From NCBI GenBank assembly GCA_976551045.1, contig CDPCPM010000012.1, positions 682,001-746,000 of the forward strand: a DNA stretch of 64,000 nucleotides. The letters run 5' to 3'. Under the pieces are notes generated by a model. The model did no database searches, had not been told where the DNA came from, and worked only from the letters and a program-made list of their open reading frames with translations. Source of the DNA: Glaucostegus cemiculus (taxonomy: Eukaryota). Shown here one piece after another: positions 38,845 to 52,500 of this stretch. Each line of letters opens with the position of its first letter. The stretch's first letter is position 1. A program made the translations under genes and the position numbers.

Positions 38845-40142
38845 CACGGGCTAATTAGGGACAGTCAGCATGGCTTTGTGTGGGGCAAGTTGTGGTTTAC
38901 TAATCTGATTGTGTTTTTGAGGAGATGACGAAGATGATTGATGAAGGTAGAGCTGTGGATGTTGTCTATGTGGATTTTAGTAATGTGTTTGACAAGGTCC
39001 CTCAAGGTTGGCTCATCCAGAAGATTAAGGTGCTTGGGATCCATGGTGACTTAGCCATTTGGATTCAGAATCGGCTTGCCCATAGATGACAGAGGGTAGT
39101 GATTGATGGAATTTGTTCTGGCTAGAGATCTGTGACTAGTGGTGTTCTGCAGGAATCTGTACTGGGACCTCTGCTTTTTGTGACTATATATAAATGACCT
39201 GGATGAAAACATAGATGGGTGGGTTAGTAAGTTCACAGATGATGCAAAGATTGGTGGTGTTGTGGGTAGCATAGAAGACTGGTAAAGAATACAGCAGGAT
39301 ATAGATCATTTGCAGATATGGGCAGAGAAATGGCCGATGGAGTTCAACCCGGCCAAATGTGAGCTGTTGCACTTTAGGAGTAATATAAAGGGACTTTACA
39401 CTGTTAATGGCAAGATCCTTAACTGTGTTGACGTATAGAGGGATCTTGGGGTCCATGTTCATAGCTCCCTGAAACATAGGCTTATAGGGTTGATAAGGTG
39501 GCATGCTTGCCTTTATTAGTCAAGACACTGAGTTCGAGAGTCGGGAAGTTATGTTGCAGCTTTATAAGACTCTAGTTAGGCTGCATCTGGAGCACTGCAT
39601 TCAGTTCTGGTCGCCCCATTATAGGGAGGATGTGGAGGCTTTGGAGAGGGTGCAGAAGAGATTTACCAGGATGCTGCCTGGATTAGAGGGCATGTGCTAT
39701 AAAGAGAGGTTGGACAAACTTGAATTGTTTTCTCTAGAGAGGCAGAGGCTGAGGGGAGACCTGATAGTTTATTAAGATTATGAGAGGTACAGAGAGAGTA
39801 GACAGCCGGTATCTTTGTCCAAAGGTCAAAATGTCTATTACTAGAGGGCACGCATTTAAGGTGGGAGGGAGTAAATTCAAAGGAGATGTGCAGGGCAAGT
39901 TTTTTTTTTACACAGGGAGTGGTGGGTGCCTGGAATGCACTGGCGGGGTGGTGGTGGAGGCAGATACGATAGAGGTGTTTAAGATGTTCTTACATAGGCA
40001 CATGAATATGTAGAGAATGGAGGGATATGGATATTATTAGGCAAGAGGGATTAGTTTAGTTAGGCATTTAATTACTAGTTTAATTAGTTTGGCATAATAT
40101 TGTGGGCCAAAGGGCCTGTTCTTGTGTAGTATGTTCTATGTT
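38845..40142 (+). mobile_element. CR1 (HER1-like) LINE, 5'-truncated, ~1.3 kb
   Basis: RT remnants DSQHGF, AVDVVYVDFS, FTDDAKIGG; LYKTLVRLHLEHCIQFWSPHY...ERVQKRFTRMLPGL; tail gtatgttctatg. Confidence 0.93.
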
Positions 40143-41164
40143 CATTGTGTCTAAATGATAAAATTATCCTACACAGCATCACAAGTTTCTCACCTTAATG
40201 AAATATAACTGGACACCTCATATATACCCCAGGATATCACTTGGCACAAGCAGCTTTCTCCCTTTATGTGGAGTAATTAAAGGATTTACCAAGGCTGGAA
40301 GTTCTAAAATGATTGGAACATTTCTTCCAACTTATGTTAAATAGTGCAATTGCAAGTGATGATATTTTATAGCATTAAAGAAAATTAATCCTTTCTGCAG
40401 ACAGTTCACATTAGTGAACAGTTTCTCAGCATGTTACCGAACAGTTTCACCGTCAGAGGCATTGGTAACCCTAGCCATGAGCATAAAGCCCCACACTTGG
40501 CAATTCTTCAACTACCTCTGCCATTTACCCAGGGGCTTCTGGACTTGATCCCATGGACCATGCATTAATCAGCCTCTGCTCAAGAATGGCCTGAATTGAA
40601 TGACTCATGACATGGCACGGAAATACGCTGAGTGTACAAATGTGATTGGTCATTGCAATACGGAAGTTGAACCACAGAGCAAGTTTGCACAGAAAAACAG
40701 GTCTCAGACGTGCAAAGTTGTTTGACAAGAGTACAACCTTAACATAGTTAATGAGTTCAGGCGAGAGAGACAACTGACAAAATCATTAAAGCAATGGCAC
40801 ATATGCCAAAGAGAAAGTGATTTGGAAACAATTGAGATAGTGTTAATCTTTTGAAGAAAGTGAAGTTAAAATTAGGAGGAACATACAACAATAGAATTAG
40901 GATAATTAAATAGTGGGGAAATTTGATAGCCAGCAAATTATCCACAAAATCATTAAACAAAATTTGTACAGAATTGATAGAGACACTTCTTTTACAAGAG
41001 AAGATGCTAGTTTTAAGCATCAGACAATTGAATATCAATATACCACCATTATCAATAATTATCCTGGATTTAATTGAGTGTGCACTGACCCAGCTGACAA
41101 CATGGCTCAACCAGACTGTGAGTTTGACTGGGATCAGATACCTCTACTGTATCATTTTAACGTA

Positions 41165-41750
41165 TATCTCAGAGGATCTATCTTGGGCCCAACACATTGA
41201 TGCAATCACAAGGAAAGCACACCAGCAGCTCTGCTTCATTAAATGTTTGAGGAGATTTGGTATGTCACCAAAGACTCTGGCAAATTTCTATGGATGTATG
41301 GTGAAAAGCATTCTGACTGGTTGTATCACCGCCTGGTATGGAGGCTCCAATTTGCAGGATTGAAAGAGGCTGCAGACAGTTGCGGACTCTGCCAGCTCCA
41401 TCATGGGCACAACCCTCCCCGCTATCGAGGACATCTTCAAGAGCTGGTGCCTCAAGAAGGTGGCATCCATTATTAAGGACTCTCACCATCTGGGGCATGC
41501 CCTCTTCTTGCTACTACCATCAGGGAGGAGGTAAAGGAGCATGAAGACCCACACTCAATATTTCAGCAACAGCTCCTTCCCCTCCCCCATTAGATTTCTG
41601 AACGGCCCATGAACACTACCTTGTTATTCCTCTTTTGCACTACTATTTATTTTTATAACTTACAGTAATTTGCATATCTTGCACTGTACTACTGCCATAA
41701 AACAACAAGTTTCATGACATGTCAGTGTTAAACAACCTGATTCTGATTAA
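41165..41750 (+). mobile_element. Rex1/Babar LINE 3' fragment
   Basis: ISEDLSWAQHIDAITRKAHQQLCFIKCLRRFGMSPKTLANFY...CITAWYG; tail cctgattctgatt. Confidence 0.88.
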
Positions 41751-42129
41751 TGCAAACTGCACAGTACTTGGACACTAATATTGCTGACCATGTCATACCT
41801 TGACAACAATTCCCCTTTTATTAAGCCCATTATTTTCTTCACTTGGGACAGAATGTCACCAATACATAATTCTCAATGTCAAGGTTCAAAGAAGATACTG
41901 ATAAGTATTATCATCATTGCTAAAACATCAGACTAAACATTTTATTCTTGTCCAAATAATTTTAAATACTGCTAACTTTACACATGTAATACCTAGAATA
42001 CAGCTAAAATTAACAGAAATATGTTTAACCATTCAAATGCAAAAACCTCAGAAAAACTAACAAATGAGAACAGCTAAAACAAATGCATAATTTAAGAAAA
42101 TATGTGGATACATTAGGAATCGTACCCAC

Positions 42130-42141
42130 CCAATCCAGGGG
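42130..42141 (-). CDS. CADPS: Candidate 12-nt CADPS microexon (PLDW)
   Basis: cctcacttgcaaatttttccag|CCCCTGGATTGG|gtgggt, phase 0-0, in the intron where mammalian CAPS1 has an optional W-ending microexon (FAKEW, from recall). Confidence 0.5.
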
Positions 42142-42699
42142 CTGGAAAAATTTGCAAGTGAGGTAAAATATATCAAAAGTGGAGACAACCTAATGGAAAG
42201 CAAGTTAACAAGGCAAACAGAGAAAAAAATAGCTTTGAAATACTGTGAGCTCCCAAGAATGGGAAGGTTTGTTCATGTCAATCAGCAGAAAGGGAAATGT
42301 TTTCACAGCCTGGAAGATGGCTCTGGGAACTTAATGTCCTTCAAGTATCAACAGGAATGAATATATTGACAAATAGTATGAAAACCTATTGATAGTTCTG
42401 ATGGGAAACATAGTTTTCCACTTACTATTTATCTATTTTTGTATACATTTACAATAAAATCATTGCTTCTTGAGAATTGAATTGCTGTCTCTGACAGGGT
42501 TTGGCGTAGGCTGAAAACTAACATCTTTTCAGCATCAAGAGAAAGAGTTGAGTCTTAGATTCAATTAGGATATAGTCAATGACCTTATCTTAATTTTTAA
42601 ATTAAAGGCATGTGCACTCTTAGTTCAGCGTGAGAGTAGGTAGTATTGCCTATTATGTGTTTCAGTATTGATAACCAGTTAGTTTAATACCACTTTGTG

Positions 42700-43435
42700 T
42701 TAATTTTGCTGAGAGTCAAGCATTGGTCCTATAGAAAGTAAGTGTGAAGAATTAAAATAAGAAGCAAGGCAGAGGAATTAAATGGGTCTTTACTAGAGAG
42801 GATACAAGAAATAGATGCAAATTGAAAATTGCAAAGGAGGAATGAACTCAGGAAAATAACATTCACTGGGGAAGTGGTACTGAACAAAATTGTTGAAGCT
42901 GTGGGATGGCAAGTCCCTGGGTGCTGAAGGAAGGAAGGTCTTAGAGGAAGTGATTAGTGAGAAAGTTGATGCATTGATTTTAATTTTTAAAAATGACTAA
43001 GATCTTACTGAAGTGGGTAAGTTATGGTTCAGTCACAATATAGAGTCACAATATAGACCTCTTTATTTAAGGAAGAATGTAAATGTGCTGTCAGATTTAG
43101 TGGACAGTGAGGCTAGGTTGTCTAATGAAGTAAGATTGGACAGGCTTTGCTCTTGTGGGAGAATTTAGGATCAGGTTTACAGCTCAAAATGATGGGACTG
43201 CCAAGGTAGGAATGGGAGAAATAATTTTGCTTGAGGATCATTGGTCTCACCTCTCAAAGGACAGAAGAAGAATATTTTTATGCCAGATTTAAACAGAATC
43301 TTGGTAAGTGGGTAAAAGGTTAGCAGAAGTAGGCAGGTATGCAGGGCTGAGGTTGCAATCAGATCAGTTGTGATCTTATTGAATGCTGGAGCAGGCTTGA
43401 GGGGCCAGGTGGCCTTCACCTACTCCTAATTCATA
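42700..43435 (+). mobile_element. Degenerate, fragmented CR1
   Basis: Tail gatcttattgaatgctggagcaggcttgaggggccaggtggcc...ctcctaattc. Confidence 0.65.
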
Positions 43436-44619
43436 AATTTGTCTGATAATAAAACAAACTATTCTTAACTATGTTGGTGTCATTGAATCATTGACCTCAA
43501 AATATGTTATAGTGTCAGCAGCAATGTTTTCAAATGAGAATGATCCTTGGGCATTATTCTCATGGAGAAATTGACTATTTTTGAGAGATCACGAGGAAAT
43601 CTTGGTCCTTCCCTAATCAGAACAGAAGTGCTTTTAGGACCAAGTACAGAATTTTCTATGAACATACCTTGTATGCAAGTACCTCCCTGCAGGAAGGAAG
43701 AATTTGAGATGAATGGATGAAACTTACAAAATTTCCAAACATTACAAGCAAAGATCTGTAACTAGAATAAACTTGTTCTCTATGTTGAAATTTAAAGAAT
43801 ATGTACCCAAATTTATTGCATTATTCTGGCATCAAATAATCAATGCATTTGCCTGTTTCAACTATTTTTGTCACAGTGTAAGCCTACTTGCAGAAAAAGA
43901 GGCAATTGAAATAAATGCATTTATGTGTTAGGATGTGGCTGTCCAATAGTATAATAGAGCTTACAAAAATAAATACAAATAATATTAAATCAATAAAAGT
44001 AAGTTCTAAAATGATATTATGGATTGGTACTTCAGTAAGTCTTATACTTTTGGACATGTACTTTTTAACACACAAGTCCAAGAGTTACTGATTGACAGAC
44101 TGTACTGCATCTGTCACTATACTCCACCACTGGACTTCACCTAGAGTAGGATGCAGTCCCGATGTTCCATTTTTTTTCAATGGAGATTCTTAGCCTGGAG
44201 ACAAAGGGGGACGTTAATATATTTCAAAAAATTATTTCTTTACAGTTTAATGCTTCCAATTTTTTGCCATTATTTATGTCTTTTAATTAATTTTTAATTA
44301 TTTTGCACATTATAATATTCAATTCAAATAATATTCAATTTCAGAAGTTTTCAATGTGTTTTAAACTAAGGGACATTTAAAAACTCTTAAAATTTACTTA
44401 CAGCTCTGACAAGGCAAAGTGCTGCTGCCAGCTTTGTTTTCTGTCAGAAGTGTTCTGTACTTTGTTGCAGAGTTGTCACCTCCTGACTCAAAGTAGAGAG
44501 GGCCAGTGAGGGCGATCCTCTGCATCCAGATCAGGTGAGTATGGGCTGTGACTATGGGCAGTGGGCCAGATCAAGAATGATTCATGTCACTGTTCCTTGC
44601 TAATTCTGGAATGGATTTG

Positions 44620-45342
44620 ATAGGCTAAATAAATGGTGTAAGGTTTCTACAAACCAGAAGATCTATCCATCAGAGGTGTACTGGTTGAAAACAGCCATGA
44701 AGCTTCAAGGACATTATTTTTTATGGCCTTGTCATGTTGTCATATTATTGCAATTTGGATTTTATAAGTAAGAGCACAAAATTCCAAATGAGTAAGTTGT
44801 ACTAAAATTCTACAAATCACTGGCAGGTCACAGTTGGAGCATTGAGAACAATATGGACACCTCACTTTGGGAATGATGTCGAAGTCTCAGAGAAGAGCAG
44901 AGGACATTTACCAAAGTTATACTGGGGATGAGAGACTAGTTATGTTGAATGATCAGAGAAGCTCGGATTGCTCTCCTTAGAGTAACAGAGGTTAAAGGGA
45001 GATCTAACGTGCATTCAAAATGCTGAGGGGTTCTGACAGAGCTGGTGGGAAGAGACAGTTTCTTCCTGCACCAATTTAAAGCAATTCACAAAAGAACTAG
45101 AGAGAAATGAGCAGGAATGCTTTCATTCAGAAGGCTGTCAAGATCTGGTAAGCACTACCCGAAAGGATGTTAGAAGTCAATCCCACAGGAACTTTTCATA
45201 GGTGCTCATTAAAGAGAATTAATTTGTAGCATTATGGGAAGAAGTTTGGGGTGTGAACTAAACTGGATGACTTGTTCAAAGAGCCAGAACTGGCATCACA
45301 GGCTGAAAGGCTTCCTTCTGTACTGAGTTTATAATTCTATGG
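44620..45342 (+). mobile_element. Degenerate CR1 3' fragment
   Basis: gagactagttatgttgaatgatcagagaagctcggattgctctccttagag; tail ccttctgtactg...attctatg. Confidence 0.7.
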
Positions 45343-46198
45343 TTGTTGATTAAACAATATCAAAAGAATTGAAACATTTCACAATTTATCTTTGAACTGG
45401 GGCCTCTAAGTGCCTGCTTTCTGAATTTAGGAATCCAGTTTTTGAATTATGCTCAAATTCCACTCCATGAACGTGTCATCCCTACTGACTCTGTGTTTGT
45501 TATGGATAGTGAATTACTAAGGGAGCTTCATCTTCCAATAAATAAATGATTGGCTGTACTGAACTGGCCACTATTTGGTCGTTCCACCAATCATCAATCA
45601 TTCACAGCTCAGCCCTATTCGGACTGCCATACCTGCTTGGAGGTCAAACATCAGCATGTTTGACCTCCTGCTCCACTGCTGGACTCGCAATGGAGTCCAG
45701 GAACAGAGCACTGCCTATCGTGCCAATGATGGTCAGAAACTGAGTTATTTAGTTTGTAGATATCAGTTTGTAGCCTTACAGGTTATGGCTCTTCAAGTGC
45801 CTATCCAACTACTTTTAAAATGCAATGAGGGCTTCTGTTAATTTTTGTAATCCAGTAAATTTAGAAATGCTAAATAATTTTGGATGTTTTTCTAATGCTG
45901 TATTACACCATTCAACTGAAATTGTAACAAGATAAATCTCTGTTGCTATTAATTTAGAAACACTTATCTTTGAAAACTGCAGCACAGATTAAGCATTCAA
46001 GGGGTTAATGTAGATTGGTCTAATAGATGGTATTATTTTGTTTAAAGTATTATGCACAAAATAGGTCATCTTTGTATACTGTATAAATATTCTGCTCTAA
46101 GCATTATAATTATGTAATGATTTGCTTCAGCTAAGTTTGATTTATATCGTAAGCTGCTCACTGGAACTACTCATTTTCGTGAAAAAGTGTTAACTTAC

Positions 46199-46346
46199 TT
46201 CCTGGCCCACCTCCATACTGCAAAGCTTTGTGGACTGCGTCTTGGCATCAACCATCACATTAAACATGGTGCATATTGACTGTGGGACACGGAAATCTGT
46301 TGACCTGCTTGTCTTCTGTAGCTTGGCTTCAAATGCAATCCTAGTC
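46199..46346 (-). CDS. CADPS: CADPS 148-nt exon: (R)[49 protein letters not shown]
   Basis: tttgttag|G...GAA|gtaagt, phase 2-0. Confidence 0.97.
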
Positions 46347-46879
46347 CTAACAAAGGAAAAAAGGATTGTTTTAAAATTTGGAACACAATTGGTGTTAGGG
46401 GCTGCCTGCCAGTGACAAGCATTAAGATTGTATTTTTTAATTCAAAAATATTTATTGTTTTTATTGCATAATAATTGTACAATTATTGTAGATACTTATA
46501 AGCATACCTTATTCTATTCTCTTGTGCATTATGTTACTGTCTAAAATATTCAAATTACTTGTAGTTTCTACAGGTAGAGGCAGCTTGCGAGACTCTGGTA
46601 TTACATTTCAGGCCACTTGTCTAACTCTGTCACCAGTAAGCATTCCCATGTAATATCCAATTAAGATTATGTTGTTAGTGATCATAATACGGAATTGAAC
46701 ACAGCAAATGATTGATGTGCTATGTCAAGCTTGTCGCTGTAATACAACAGGCTTCTTTTATTTCTAAATTGGCAATCATTAACTATAATTAAATCTTACA
46801 GATAATCACTAAATAGGGATTATGTTCTCACACAAATACTTGTTGGGTTTGTCTTTAATCCTTCTATAGAAAGCCTAAC

Positions 46880-47035
46880 CTTTTAACACATGATTCAATC
46901 ATATCGCTGGACATGAGCTTTAGTCTTTGCTCCAGGTGTTTTGCAAATTCCTCCTCTGGCCAATGCAAATCTCTAATAAAGGTCTGCAAAGCATCCAGTT
47001 TCCAGAACAGATCTTCTGAGGTTCCTGAGCCATTG
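46880..47035 (-). CDS. CADPS: CADPS 156-nt exon: [51 protein letters not shown](R)
   Basis: cttttcag|C...AAAAG|gttagg, phase 2-2. Confidence 0.97.
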
Positions 47036-49391
47036 CTGAAAAGAAAAGAAGGATATTAAAGTCACTTTCTGGTCACTGTCAGTGATTACAGAAGCTGCAA
47101 TCAATGCCTGGGGTGTACAGCAGTTGTAAACAAGGGAAAGATATTGGGTGTAAAGGTCTCCATAGTCATAGCTCTGGATTTTTTTTATCATACACTTTAA
47201 AGTCTTGTTGCCTCATGTTACGTAACAGTTAATAATTCAAAGGACTGCAAAGGAAAATTTTTCAAAGCTATTAGGGAACAAGTATGTTTTTAAAAGTGTA
47301 TGGTAAAAAGTAACCTGGAATTATAACCACCAGGAAAGTGTGGTTATCTTATGTTGTGATTTCATGCACACTTCAAAACATGTCTCTCAAAAACAAGTAG
47401 TAGCTGCTGTTGGGATCGGGTAGTTTTGTGGTTAGTAGTGGTGGGCGAGGCTTTGCTGTTCTCTTCATCCCTTGCAACACAGGTCACTCAGCCAACAGCT
47501 GTCTTATTTTGGACAATCATGACTAAATAATTTTGAAATATTCAAATACACTCTTCCACAGAAAATCCCAAACAGCACAGGAATATGTAGGCTAGTTATG
47601 ACCAATACCATTGGATAAAATAAACCTATGCAATTCAGAATTTTAGCAGCTTGGCTGCACTGTGAGATCTGAAGCACATTTTCTTGCCTCATGAAATTCA
47701 TCCTCGCAAACCACTAATGCCAACACTGTACTTTTTTTTAGATGTTGTACACACCATGCATTACCATTACTGCTGGCATCATCTTCAGAAACAACATATG
47801 GCAGCGTGCGTTTCCAACGTGATGGATGCCAGCTGCACTGAAGTAATGATTGCTTCAGAGCGTAGAGAAAGCTACCGTGGGATGAGACCATATCCCAGCA
47901 TGCCAAGGTAACCCTCACCTTGTGGGAACTCTGTGGTGACAGGAACATATTCCTAAGAGGGTTCATTTGTTTTTGGGACCCTTATCAGTTGTCTACAGAG
48001 ATCACAGTTAAAGTAATTTATCTATTGCACAAAGGGGGTTGCAAATATTGCATGAAAGGGGGTTGGAAATAGTCCAGTTCCATTGGAAAGATATAGAATC
48101 AAGCATTTTATAGTCTACTTAATTTTGACATAACAATATCCATGTCACAACAAAGTGCTTTCTGCGAGCACACTGAAGTCTAATGCCATTACTTCTGGAG
48201 AACCAAGAACACAACCACACAACCAGGAATTATGAATTGTTAATCATCAGCCTTATTTCTCTCAAGTTCTATATAAAAGTACATACCATCCTCAGTATAA
48301 TAGTCCATGGGGAGCCAAGTATTGTGAATGTTATAATGAGTTGTATATTATAAAGAATGTCTCATAACATGCTATAAAAAGTATCACAATTACATTGTGA
48401 GTCAACAACCAGCAGCAGAGTCTATGCTATGTCATGAGGATGGGGTGCACGATAATAAGATTTTATTGTGGTTGTCGACTTAGCTTTCCTCAAATGTTTG
48501 ATCCATATCTTTCCAAAGCATCACACAGCATGCAACAAAAGAAAATGGAAAATCATTTATGCATTCCATTTTCATATGTTTCCTAATCTAGTCTTCCATA
48601 TAGTCAACCTGGCATGAAAATACTTCTTCATGTCTTTGGAATGATTCCAACTTTGCAAGGCTATATGTCATGCTTTGAGTGATTTGAATGCATTTAAACT
48701 GTTAAGTATCCATACAGTTAACAACTTGGCACATCACTTTATTAAAATATTTCCTTTTAAGTAACTTAAGTTAGGGCTTTTACAAAAATTCAGGTGATCA
48801 GCCTGAAACAATAAATGAAACCATGTTTTTCTTGTATCTATTATTGTATCTATGATACAATAGTACTATCGGCTGCCATATATTGGTATGCATAAATCAC
48901 TGGGTAAGGCAACCACCATTATATCTCAAATGAGCAGATAATTCTGAGACTTACACTTAAGTAATAAAATGTTTAAAACTTTGGAAGTTATCTTTGATGA
49001 TTTGTTAAACATTGACTACGAAGTCGTCCACTATATATCCAAGTATGGGTATGAAGTGACACCCTAGATCAGTCATTATCTCTGAATTTTGTATTTACAG
49101 GCCTCTAAAATTTTACTGTTTCCAAAAGTTCTGAAAATATGTACTTCTTCATAATGTAATTAAGAAATGTTTATAAATGGAGAGAGAACATTTAATTATC
49201 TGAGACTACAAACATATTCTTAATTAGTTTCTTACAACATTTTAAATGGATGTTCTCAGTGAAAATTAATGGGATATCTGTTTTGCTATTTTATTACCCA
49301 AATTCTTGATTTAAATCAAGCAGATAAAGAACAAATTCATGCCAGGTTGCTTTAGGTGACAAATCAGACCTAACGTGTATTCAATACACAC

Positions 49392-49526
49392 TCTGCATCA
49401 TATATAGTAGCGATCCAGGACGAAGCAGAAAAACTAGGCATTTGTGGGAGGTTAACTGGTAGATTTGGTACTTTGGGGAGATTCACATTTGGTAGATTCA
49501 CATTGGGCAGATTACTTGTTAAACTC
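49392..49526 (-). CDS. CADPS: CADPS 135-nt cassette exon: [44 protein letters not shown](D)
   Basis: ttccacag|G...GA|gtgtgt, symmetric phase 2-2; homologous to the NLPNV-repeat alternative exon of CAPS1. Confidence 0.93.
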
Positions 49527-52500
49527 CTGTGGAAGAAACAGACAGAAAGAAAACACCATAACAGTGACAATGTAGATGCAGATGTGGAAGCATGTGACAC
49601 CCCTAAATAAATTTGCAAAACTATCAAAAAATTCACAGCAAATAAAAAAATACAACAAAAGTTGTGTTGATTAAGAACGTGTCCATGAGCTGTGAGCTTG
49701 CTGTGGATTTTCTGAGTGTTGCATTAGCAAGATTTAAGCAAAGTTAGAAAAAAATAAGAAGATACCAGGCATCTGGAAGCAAAAATTTGATCATTGACAA
49801 ACAAAAAAAATGTTTGTGGCATGAAATATGTTATTACATTTATATAATTACTGAATGAAAATCATCATTTTGTTCATTCACCACGTCTTAATGTGCAGCT
49901 GTGATTTTTGTGTCAGCTGTCATTTTAACCCTCCGACCTTTGCTTAATATTTTTTACTTTAACATCAGAGTTAACTTCTGCTATCAATATATTTGTCTGC
50001 TCAAAAATGCAGACCCCCCAATAAAAAATATGTACTGCACATACAAGTAGTGGTACAGAATAATTGTTAATCATTGCACTCGAACTGCCACTTAATACTT
50101 TTCATCTGGGATTTACTTAATAAACTAAAATAGGCCAATGTCCTCCTAACAGAAAAGTTACCAATATAAAATAACTGCTTATTTTGTGTAGTTATTTGCA
50201 ATTAGTAATTAATTACAATTGTTTAATATGAATTGTTAACTTAAATAGGAATTAAATATAATTTGGAGTCAACAGAATAAACATAATTAAAAATGCTTAT
50301 TACATGAAATAGCCACAGATCAGAGTCTTTGCTATGTTAGAACAGCACAAAAATAAATCATTTATGGTGTAAATTCTGATCAGATTGACAGTAAGATAAT
50401 GAATTGTGGATGAACAGCCAAGTAACTGTGAACTTTTCGGGAAATTTGAATATTGACGTGGAGTTAGAAAGTGACTGTCTCATATAAAGAGTTAGCTCCC
50501 CATCTGTTGCATGTCTCCATGCAGCGTGGACCTCATTTTGATGATAGATTCACTCACTACTCAGAGTTCAAGATTAAGGAATAAAACTGGAAACCATTAA
50601 TAGCAGCATGATCAAACCATTGTCCCATAGCTACTTTAATCTTTTAAGTTGCAATTTTTTTTCTTTAATTAAAAAAAAGCAAAAATAAATATCAGCTTGC
50701 TTAAGATGAACAGCAGTGGAAAAATCAGTGGCATCAGGTTTTTAAATGGGTCAGTTTGCCTGTGAAATACACCTGTCACTGTTAGTCTGGCTGCAATTCC
50801 CTCTGACATTCATTTGCATGAAATTTACATCGCTGTGCCCTCTTCAGGCACAGACAGGGACAGACAGCAGAGAAAACAGAAGTTGTTTGTGTGCAGTACC
50901 ACTCAGAAGCAAATTGAGAAAAAGATCAGTACCCATATTTCCACTGCACTATTGCCATTTTTGAGACACTATTTGGCACCAAGGTAGAAGAGAACAGGCC
51001 CCAATAGTCCTTTAAACAGGCAAAAGTGGTTTGGCTTTCACATAGATTTGACAGTATTGCTCTAAAATTGACACTGGGTCTGTAAACTGCTAAAATATAG
51101 CAGGTTGTAGAGCAGTTTAAGACAGTGAATTATATTTCAAGCATTACTGGGATAGCCAACACTCAGCCATAAAATTAGAAAATGTATCCATAACCAAATT
51201 ACAAATGTATTTGCACACAGAAAACCACAAATATTTGTGTCACTTTTTAGTTTTCATGTAATTCACTTCACATTTAATTGAAACCTTTGTATTTTTGTAC
51301 ATTTTTAAGTCAAAATTGATGGATAACTTGTAACTTGCTTTTATCATTTCCTGTTTATTTACTGAAGGAACAAAAATAAAAGTTTTACCTTAGTGAATGC
51401 CAACAATGAGTCAAGGGTAGACATATCAAAGGTATTATTGTATTCATAAATATAATTGCTTGCACCTTGCTTCCCCATATCAAAGGAAGAGCACAGATTT
51501 AACCTGATCCACCCAGAAGAAAGTGGGTGGGTCGGCATATAAAAAGCCACAGTTTGTTTGGCAATCAGCCAGGTCACACTGATTAAAATATTTATTTTGC
51601 CTTTTTAATGGGTATCTAAGCTAGCAAGGATCTCCTGTAATTGTGTTGATCATGAAACAGTGATTTTATATCAGTTTTTAACAATGATTTTAACTTGTGC
51701 CTGAGCAGGAAAATGGCTGCAACTTTCTTGCCAGGCAAAGGAGAGTCAGGGTCTGCTGGGAAGGTGAAGAGGCCAAAATTACAAGTTCATCTCTCACTTT
51801 GCTGGGAAGCTGGAATGCACCCATCTTAGCTCACCCCCAACCCCATATTTTCATAAGAGCCCTGCTGAATATCCGATTCCATATCTACCTTCATGCCAGT
51901 AGCTGGCCAAAGGCAGTAGGATTTTCCAGGGGATATTCGCCTATAGCACAAAAAGAAGATGTGGTTTTTGAAACTGACATTGACTCAACCTGCTACAGGC
52001 AGACAGAAATTAATAGCCGATAAACCTTCCCATCTGCTGCCAGTTAAAATCCACTCTCTGGGTTTGGCAATTTCATTTTTAGATCTCAAAGGGGTATTTT
52101 AGTTTCAAAGATAAAACAAATTGGTTCAAGTTTTTCTAGGCTGGATTGCAAAGGGCTCTGCCTGTGAAGCTCTCATTTTACAGCATGTGTGAATACTTGG
52201 ACCACAGCAATAAACCGGTCAAAAAGGACCTGAAAGGAAACACACCTGCCATTCAGCACTTTGTGCAGTTATTGGAATGTTAAACCATGTACAATGTGGT
52301 TGAGAAACTATTGCTTTGTTTTACATTAAAATATTCTCATTGTCTCTTTGCTCATTGCTGCGTGCTAGATTCCACACGCATTGATTATTCTTGGATATCT
52401 GATCCAAATAGTTGCTGTTGGGTTGAGAGCCTGGACAATGAATCCTGGCTGGGTAGGAATTGTAGTGGGTGGCTGGTTCACCACCATCAGCTTTTAATAT

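Noticed and set aside
43031-43056. 13-bp tandem duplication agtcacaatatag x2
   Set aside because: Ordinary slippage duplication inside a decayed LINE; not a CRISPR-like array
43677-43695. cctgcag|GGAG|gtac, a possible 4-nt microexon on the minus strand
   Set aside because: Not frame-preserving and no homology support
50730-51030. Octamer ATTTGCAT with flanking short inverted repeats
   Set aside because: A single motif is expected by chance and the context looks like a decayed MITE
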